From: Psammoneis japonica
Lineage: Eukaryota
Length of the DNA stretch: 42,417 nucleotides
Assembly (NCBI GenBank): GCA_008632985.1
Contig: QPGO01000222.1
Location: 70,206 to 112,622, forward strand
Direction of reading: 5' to 3'
Below the pieces are notes generated by a model, which was not told where the DNA came from, made no database searches, and saw only the letters and a program-made list of their open reading frames with translations. This document shows, one piece after another, positions 14,500 to 23,500 of the stretch. The position numbers and the translations under genes are program-made. Within the stretch, counting starts at the first letter, position 1. Every line of letters begins with the position of its first letter.

Positions 14500-17400
14500 A
14501 CTGTCTCCCCCTCCAATGGGCTCTGTTCTGAGGGAACCCAAAACCTGGAGCTGCGCTGCCTCCCTTTGGTGGGTTCCAGCCAGAGGGAACCCAAAAGCTG
14601 GAGCTGTGCTGTCTCCCTTTGATGGGCTCCCATCTGAGGGAACCCAAAACCTGGAGCAGCACTGTCTCCCTTTGATGGGCTCCCTTCTGAGGGAACCCAA
14701 ACCCTGAAGCTGTGCTGTCTCTCATCAACAGGCTCCCATCTGAAGGAACCCAAAACCCGGGAGGGAGAACCCAAAACCTGAAGCTGGGCTGTCTCTTTTT
14801 AATGGGTCCCTGCCAGAGGGAACCCAAAACCTGCAGCTGCAATGTCTCCCTTTGATGGGCTCCCATCTGAAAAACCCAAAACCTGGCAGGGAACCCAAAA
14901 CCTGGAGCTGCGCTGTCTCTTTTTGATGGGTCCCCACCAGAGGAAACCCAAAAAACCTGCAGCTGCATGGTCTCCCTTTGACAGGTTCCCATCTGAGAGA
15001 GCCCAAATCCTGGAAGAGTGCTTTGTTTCCCTTTGATGGGCTCCCATCTCAGGGAACCCAAAACCTGGTGCTGTGCTGTCTCCCTTTGATGGGTTCCTGT
15101 CAGTGGGAGCCCAAAACATGGAGCTGCGCTGTCTCCCTTTCATGGGTTCCCACATGAGGGGAAACCAAAATCTGGGGCTGAGCTGCACAACTTTGATGGG
15201 TTCCCATCTGAGGGAACCCAAACCCTGGAGCTGCGCTGTCTCTTGTTGACAGGCTCCCATCTGAGGGAACCCAAAACCTGGAGGGAACCCAAAACCTGAA
15301 GCAGTGCTGTCTCTTTTTAATGGGTTCCCATCAGAGGGAACTCAAAACCTGGAGCTGTGCTGTCTCCCTTCAATGGGTTCCTCCTGTCTGAGGGAACAGG
15401 GGAAAGAGGGAGCTGTGCTGTCTCCCTTCAATGGGTTCTCCATTCTGAGGGAACCCAAAACCTGAAAGTGCTTTGTCTCCCTTCAATGGGTTTGGTTCTG
15501 AGGGAACCCGATGCCTGGAGATGTGCTGTCTCCCTTTGATGGGCTCCCACCATTTGAGGGAACCCAAAACCTGGTTGTGCCTTGTCTCCCTTCAATGGGT
15601 TCCCATCTCAGGGAACCCAATGCCTGGTGCCACACTGTCTCCCTTTGATGGGTTCCTGTCTGAGGGAGCCCAAAACATGGAGCTGAGCTGTCTCCCTTTC
15701 ATGGGTTTTCATCTGAAGGGAAACCAAAACCTGGGGCTGTGCTGTGCCACTTCAATGGGCTCCCGTCTGAGGGAACCCAAAACCTGGAGCTGTGCTGTCT
15801 CTCTGTTTGATGGGCTCCCATCTGAGGGAACCCAAAACCTGGAGGCAGGGAACCCAAAACCTGAAACTGCGCTGTCTCCTTTTGATGGGTTCCCATCTGA
15901 GGGAAGCCAAAATGTGGGGCTCTGATGATTTTTAACGGGCACCTGTCTGAGGGAATGTCAAGGTGTTCCTGTCTGAGGGAGTGTCAAACATGGAGCTGCA
16001 CTGTCTCCCTTTGCTTTGTTCTGCTCTGATGGAACCCAAAACCTGGAAGTGCTTTGCCTCCCTCGAGCGGGTTCTTTTCTGAAGGAACCTTGAACCTGGA
16101 GCTGCACTGTCTCCCTTTGACAGGTTCCCATCTGAGGGAACCCAAAACCTGGAAGTGCCTTGTCTGCCTTCAATGGGTTTCCATCTGAGGGAACCCAAAA
16201 CCTGCAGCTGTGCTGTCTCCCCACAATGGGCCCCATTCCAAGGGAACCCCAAACCTGGAGCTGTGCTGTCTCCCTTTGACAGGTGCCCACATGAGGGAAC
16301 CCAAAATCTGGAGCAGCACTGTCTCCTTTTGATGGGCTCCCTTCTGAGGGAATCCAAAACCTGGAGCTGTGCTGTCTCCCTTCAATGAGCTCCTGTCTGA
16401 GGGAACCCAAAACCCAGAGCAGTGCAGTCTCCCTTTGATGGGTTCCTGTCTGAGGGAACCCAAAACCTGGAGTGACACTGTCTCCCTTCAGTGGCTTCTG
16501 TTTTGAGGGAACCCAAAACCTGGAAGTGCCGTGTCTCCCTCCAGTGGGTTCTCATCTCAGGGAACCCAAAACCTGGAGCTGCACTGTCTCCCTTTGATGG
16601 GTTCCCATCTGAGGGAACCCAAAACACAGAGCAGTGCTGTCTCTCCTAAATGGGTTCATGTCTGAGGGAGCTGAAAACACAGAGCTGCACTGTCTCCCTT
16701 TGCTGGGCTTGGTTCTGCAGGAAATCAAAACCAGGAGCTGTGCTGCATCCCTTCAATGGGCGCCCTTCTGAGAGTCCAAAACCTGGAGCTGCACTCTCTG
16801 GAACAGCCTTGACTTCCTTTCATGACAGTGCCTGCCCACCTGACAAGAACAGCAAGCTGAGGCCACTGGCAGACTCTGTCAAGTCCCAAGCAACACTTTG
16901 AGAGCACAGCTGGGTGTTGCAATGTTGATCTCACAGTGTTGTGGCACCATGTCACCTTGTCCCCAACAGCAGCAGACTTGAGCTTCCAAACTCTAGAGTG
17001 CAGAGATCCCATGGCAGTGTTGCCTGGACCAAGAACATCTGCCAGCACCAAAGGGCACTGGCGGTGTTTGGTTCACCCAGAGGAGTGAGACTTCAAGAGC
17101 TTTTGTGGGTCATTGCAAGGTTGATCTTGTGGCACTGTGCCCCAGGGCACCCTGTCCCCAACAGCAAAAGACTTGACTTTTCCAAATCCAAAGTGCAACA
17201 AATCCACTGGCGCTGTCTCCCTTCAATGGGTTGTGTCGTGAGGGAACCCCCAAAACCCAGAGCTGTGCTGTCTCACTTTGATGGGTGCCCATCTGATGGA
17301 ACCCAAAACCTGGAGCTGTGCTGTCTCCCTTCAATGGGTTCCCATCTGAGAAAAAAAACCTGGTGCTGTGCTGTCTCCCTTTGACAATGCACATTGTCCC

Positions 17401-18280
17401 CAACAGCAGCAGACTTGACTTTTCCAAATCAAAAGTGCAACGAATCTGTTGGCACTGTCTCCCTTCCATGGGTTCTGTTTTGAGGGAACCCAAAACCTGG
17501 TGGTGCACTGTCTCCTTTGATGGGTTCCCATCTGAGGGAACCCAAAACCTGGAAGTGCCTTGTCTCCCTTCAATGGGTTCCCATCTCAAGGAACCCAAAA
17601 CCTGGAGCTGCACTGTCTCCCCATCACAATGGGCTCCATTCTAAGGGAGCCCAAAACCTGGAGCTGTGCTGTCTCACTTTGATGGGTGCCCATCTGAGAG
17701 AACCCAAAATCTGGAGCAGCACTCTCTCCCTTTGATGGGCTCCCTTCTGAGGGAACCCAAAACCTGGAGAAAACCCAAAACCTGAAGCTGTGCTGTCTCC
17801 TTTTGATGGGTTCCCATCTGAGAAAATCCAAAATCTGGAGCTGTCCTGTCTCCCTTTAATGCTGGGTTCCTGTCTGAGGGAACCCAAAACCTGAAGCTGT
17901 GCTGTCTCCTTTTGATGGGTTCCCATCTGAGAGAATCCAAAACCTGGAGCTGTCCTGTCTCCCTTTTGTGGGTTCTGTTTTGAGGGAACCCAAAACCTGG
18001 AAGTGTCATGTCTCTCCCCAATGGGTTCTTGTCTCAGAGAACCCAAAATCTGGAGCTGTGCTGTCTTCTTTTGATGGGTTCCCAACTGAGAGCACCCAAA
18101 ACATGGAGCGATGCTGTCTCTCCTAAATGGGCTCACATCCAAGGGAGCTGAAAATGTTGAGCTAAACTGCCTCTCTTCAATGGGTCTTGTTCTGTGGGAA
18201 CTCAAAACCAGGAGCTGCATTGCATCCCTTCAATGGGCTCCCTTCTGAGATGGCCCAAAACCTGAAGCTGCGCTGTCTGG
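14500..18280 (+). repeat. 53-bp minisatellite, roughly 60 degenerate units, interrupted by 190-bp units at about 16800-17200
   Basis: Consensus CTGTCTCCCTTTGATGGGTTCCCATCTGAGGGAACCCAAAACCTGGAGCTGTG. GAGGGAACCC recurs at 14530, 14583 and 14636 (period 53). Confidence 0.95.
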
Positions 18281-18289
18281 GGAACAGTC

Positions 18290-19190
18290 TTGACTCCCTT
18301 TCATGACAATGCCAACCCGCCAGACAAGAACAGCAAGCTGAGGCCACTGGCAGACTTTGGCAAGTCCCAAGCAACACTTTGAGAGCATGGCTGGGTGTTG
18401 CAACATTGATCTCATGGTGTTGTGGCCCCATGTCACCTTGGCCCCAACAGCAGCAGACTTGAGCTTCCAAACTCTAGAGTGCAGAGATCCCATGGCAGTG
18501 CCAACTGGCCCAACATCTGCCAGCAATGGGCACTGGTGGTGTGTGGTGCAACCAGAGTGAGACTTTTCAAGAGCTTTTTTGGGGCACTGCAAAGTTGATC
18601 TTGTGGCACTGTGCCCCAGGGCACATTGTCCCTGACAGCAGCAGACTGGACTTTTTCAAATCCAAAGTGCAGTGAATCCACTGTGGTGCCAACCAGTTTG
18701 ACAACTGCCAGCAAAAAACATTGGTGGTGTCTTTGTTGAACCCCAGGTGAGACTTTGAGAGTGGTTGTTGGGCATTGCAAGGTTGACCTTGGTTTGCTGT
18801 GACAGTGTGTCACCTTGGGCCCAACAGGAGCAGACTTGAACTTCCAAGCTCCAAAGTGAAAGGATCCCCCTTGGTGGTGACAACCAACATTGCAGCTGCA
18901 AGTGGAGAACATTGGCGGTCTTTGATGGACCCCAGGTGACAGTTTGAGAACTGTGGCTGAGCATTGTGAGGTTTGTCTTTTGACATTGTGGCCCCATGTG
19001 TCACCCTGTTCCCAACAGCAGCAGACTTGAGTTGGGCTGAGCTTCCAAACTTCAGAGCACATGGATCCCATGGTGGTGCCAACCAACACAACAACTGCCG
19101 CCAGAGGGTGCTGGTGGTGCTTGGTGGACCCAGGGCAAAACTTCAAGAACTTCTGTTGGTCATTGCAAGGTTGATGTCATGGCAAGAATT
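18290..19190 (+). repeat. Degenerate ~190-bp tandem repeat, about 5 units (same family as 13600-14480 and 16800-17200)
   Basis: Anchor motif recurs at about 18378, 18566, 18753, 18943 and 19141. Confidence 0.8.
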
Positions 19191-20287
19191 GAAATGATCC
19201 TGTCTTTCAATCCAGCGGGGCTGGACAAAACCAAGACCACATGAGCCATGTCTGTGCCACAGCTCCTTGACTTTTTGCATCCATTCTCAAGCAGAGTCAG
19301 AGCTGGCATGTTTTGCTGTGGCTGCTGACCAAATCTTGGGTGGAGAACAGGGCATGATGCATTGCTCCTGGTCCTTTTGATGATGACAGCAGAGATCTGG
19401 CTGAGTTGAAAGCAGACTCAGATTCAGACATGGAAGCCAAGCATCAGATTTTTTGCAATCAAGAGACTCTGCTGCATTGGGAGGTGAAAGAGGTGACATG
19501 GAAAGCTGAGGAAGTTCCAGGCAACAAAGCTGATGACTCAACCAAATGAAACAATGTGATGCACATCAAACACCATGTTGGAGTTGAAAGCTGGAAAGCA
19601 CAAGGATCTGTTGAGTGCATTGGTCAAACAAATGGGGTGAAGGCTTTGCAAGACATGGGCGCAAGGCAAACCTAAAAAATGTGGTTGCATGGCTTGAGGA
19701 GTCTGCCCCACACCTCTGGACCACACCTTGCACCAAACAAGGAACAACAACTGAAGGTTTGTGTTCACCAGTGCTGCTTTTCACATTGTCACACTGCACA
19801 GACCTTGCGCCCAGCTGGTTGCACCACACCCTGATTCTGCAAATGTGGATTTTTCACTTGGACTTGCTGTTGGAACATTTGGCACCAATGCTGCCACAGG
19901 GATTGCCAGAAGGTTAAAAACCTTGGCCATGTCACCAGTGTGTGCCCACTGGGAAGGTGCTTTTGTGAGTGGTGGGGAAATCCAAGGCTTGCACTGCTGT
20001 GCTGGATCTGATGTGGGCCTCCCACAACACACCAGCCAGATTGTGTCACAAAATCCTGGGCGGCAAAGCAAGGCTTCTTTCAGACAATGAGTTCAACAAA
20101 AGCGGAGCAAACTTGGAGGATTGCCAGGCAAACTGATTTGTGCAGTGCAGCTGAGAACAGTTCAATCAGCATTGGTGCCCAATTTGAGCAAGAGAGTCAG
20201 CAAGCACACAACAATGTCAAGTCAAAGTTGTTCTTGTTGGCAGGAGGGCGGCATGCTGAGGGGCACAACTGCCACAGATGCACAAGC

Positions 20288-20563
20288 TGACAGAAAATGA
20301 AGGCAAATGGCAAGAATTCAAACAACAACTCCTTGCTGCTGTCTAAATGGCAGATGAGTCTCCGCTCAGAGACCGTTGCAGGAGCCGAAAGACGTGTGGG
20401 TCGGCACAATCGGGCTACTGTTGTCATTCTTGTGAGCCTTGTGGCTCGAAAGCAAACTACATCGCGCGCGAACGCGCGGAACTAAAGCACACAAAACTGT
20501 GCGCGGTAAACTAAACAGCGCGCGATGCTTTGCGCGCATCCAAATCCTGTTCAAATCCTGTCA
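20288..20563 (-). repeat. 3' LTR (276 bp), hypermutated copy
   Basis: Aligns with 27120-27403 with 9 substitutions and one 8-bp indel. Confidence 0.96.
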
Positions 20564-23500
20564 CTCCCCAGTTTGCTTGAGGAGCCACAGAAACAGATTC
20601 GACTTCGGATGGAATGAAGTTCCAGAACATGAGGGGGCGGAGAAGGTCCCAGATTTGGGAGTGACCCCAATGCTTGCTGAGAATGTCAGCAGGGTTGCGG
20701 GAGCCTTCGATGAAGTGGAACTCAAGGCAACCAGAGGCAATTGCCTCACGCACACGGTGGAACGACAGTGCGGTGTGTCGCTTGTGTAACTTGGAGTGCG
20801 GGATGGTGGCACTGTCTACAACCGACTTGTTGTCACCGAACATGTAACTGACATTACGGATCGGGACGCCAAGGTGGCGCAGGGTGATGCGCAGGTCGAC
20901 AATCTGCTCAACACAATTCCTTGCGGCAACAAATTCAGACCCGCAGGTTGCAGTCTCCACGGTGGCTTGTTTCTTGGAGAACCAATCAGCCGGGAATTTG
21001 TTGAGGAAGTGGAGCATTCCCATGACAGAGCGTCCGGTGAGCATGCAATGGTGCAAGTTTGCATCGACGCAGTGGGTGGCAGTGACGAACTTGCCAAGGG
21101 GCGGTGGAGCGTCCTTCGGGATCATCTCTTCTGCTTCACCACACACGGAATGCATCCATTCACAGGCCGGAGCAGGGAGATCCGAATGGTCGGGCTCTTC
21201 CGTGCGAACGCGGAGAGCACCGTGTCGCATCTTGGAGAGGTGCCCACAGACGCGTTTGGCACGATCCAAGTGGCCTTGACGGGGCGCAGCTCGGAAGCTA
21301 GAGAGTGACATGACGGCCGTGGTAATGTCAATTCGACCAAGGGACACTGCCCATTGGAGTGAACCAACAAGAGACTGGAACTTGTGAATGCCATCGGGTC
21401 CCAGCAGTTCGGAAGTGTCCAGTTCGGGGTGGTCACCCTTCTCTAGAGGTGACAGGGCGTTGGTGGCAGGTTTCTCCCCAAACAGTCGGGCGCAGCTGTC
21501 GACCATGCGCTCGATGTACTTGCGCGGAGACAGGCACAAGGTTCCGTCGGGGTCCCGGGAAAAGTCGCAACCCAGATGGAACTCAATGGGTCCCGTGCCC
21601 TTGAGCTTGAACTTGTGCTTTTCCGTGAGAGTGTCGACGAAAGGTTGAGGGTCCTTCATGGCAATGGCGAGGTCATCCACATAAACGGCAATGTATTCAC
21701 AGTGGTCGCCGTTCCTGCGCATCCAAATGTCGGGTTCGGCGCGGCAGGGGAAGAAGCCTTCAGCTCGCAGGCAGTCGGCGAAGCGTTCGTGCCAGCGGAG
21801 ACCGGAGCTGCGCAGTCCATACAGTGCCTTGTGGATGACAAGGATGTGTCCTTCGAGTTTGCCAAATTCGGGTCCAGCTACAATGTAAAGCTTCTCCTTG
21901 GTGGTGGCCTCAAGGTGGGCATTGCCAATGTCGGTGGCCCATGTCTCCAGCTCGTTGAGTTCGGCCAGGAAAATCATCAGCCGAAGGCCACGAAGGGAGA
22001 CCACTCCGGAGCAGACACTGTCGACAGGTACGTCCGTGAGGTGCCCGTCGGCTACGAGTCGTGCCTTGTGGCGACCGTCGTGTTTCACGTGGTACACCAG
22101 GTGCACTCGGATCTTCTTGTGTCCCGCAGGAGGAGTGGAAGACTTGAAGGGCCCGCAGTCATGGAAGACTTCGTATTCGTCGAGTTGGTCCATCTCGAGA
22201 TTAGTTGCGTCTCCCCACTTGCGGTTGCCGTTGCGTTCGTCTAGTGACATGGCGTGTTTGTAGTTCCGGGGAACTTCGTATCCGCACTTGCAGCGAGGTG
22301 CAGTGCGGAAGGAACGAAGCTTGGCTTGGTTGGCCATGCGAAATAGTTTCTTTTGGCGCCTCGCGACAGTGCGGAACCGCTTCCAGCCATCCGTGTCGAG
22401 GAGTCCGTTCTCTCGTGCATAGATGGCACAGGTGACGGGGTCGTCCTTGGCGATGATGGCAAGAGGCTCGGACGTGATCTCCCCACTTTCCCATTCAAGC
22501 ATGATGTTGTAGCTTGAGCCTTTCCAGGTTGGGTCGTGAGGCTTCAGAGGTCCTTCGTGTGACACGATGCGTCGAAATTTCCAAACAGTGGTGTCTTCGT
22601 CTTCTTGCTCAATGTGATTCATGATGTCATTGTAGGCAAGGACTTCCTCGCATTCGTCATTGTTGACAGAGCAGACGAACTTAGTGAGCTCGGGATTGCC
22701 GTTCACTTTCCATTCGTGGTCTTCGACGGCCTTGACGATGCGAGCTCTGTGGCGTTGACCGTCCTCTTGTGGCTGCATGAGGAAGGTACGTCCAATGATG
22801 TCTTGCGGATCGAAAACTGGCATCTTGGGTGTCCTGATCTCCCCATCAGGAGAATCGACGGGGTTGTCGTCATGGCGAGATTTGATGATGGGTTCAGGTG
22901 GCTCCCCATCAGGAGGATCAAGACGCAGGTTTCGAACAGCAGGATCGGGGGCAGCGGAGCGAACGTTGGACCGGCAGAGGATCTTTTGAGTCTCGTCAGA
23001 TAGGATCTTGAAGGTCATCTGGTGGCCGACGTGCTCAGCAATGCCAACGAAGCGTCCGCGCAACTCACGGGATTCGGACGGCCAATCGGAGTCATCGAGG
23101 TGGAAGTACACTGGTTCCCACCAGTGAAAGCGAAGCAATGGGCTGATGTCCGGGGTGGATCCAGTGAGAGTCTCGAGGGGCGTGCGCCAGTGGAGACGTG
23201 GGGACGCTGTGTGGTTGAGTGTGAAGCACACGCACATGAGCGCCAGCAGCCATGTGTGGGCGGGCGAACCAAAACGGTCCATGACAGTGTTCGCCATGCG
23301 CTTCACGGTCTGGCAGCGACGCTCGGCAAAGTTTTGGTGTTGCTGGTGAGGCTCACTTTGCCAGCTGGAGATGAAGAGGGCGCGCAGGATCCCGAGCACT
23401 TTGTTGCTGATCTCAACTTGAGCACGGTCGCTAATGAGTTTGGATGGGGCACCACGTTCACGGATCTGATCCTCGAGTGTGTTGACAAACTCTTTGTCCG

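Larger units (their letters stand above)
10580..20287. other. TpA-depleted, CpG-poor hypermutated repeat domain (left arm)
   Basis: About 20 TpA dinucleotides in about 9.7 kb by manual scan. CpG is scarce and TG/CA are enriched. Translations lack Tyr and are rich in Cys/His. Confidence 0.9.

Noticed and set aside
14500..18280. CRISPR array
   Set aside because: The whole 53-bp unit repeats with no unique spacers, there are no cas genes, and the context is eukaryotic.
13600..19190. Leucine-rich-repeat gene in the 190-bp units
   Set aside because: No frame gives a consistent LRR pattern, and unit lengths are not consistently multiples of three.
10594..20290. Dozens of overlapping ORFs in all six frames
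   Set aside because: Explained by loss of TAA/TAG stops and by satellite periodicity; no recognisable domains.
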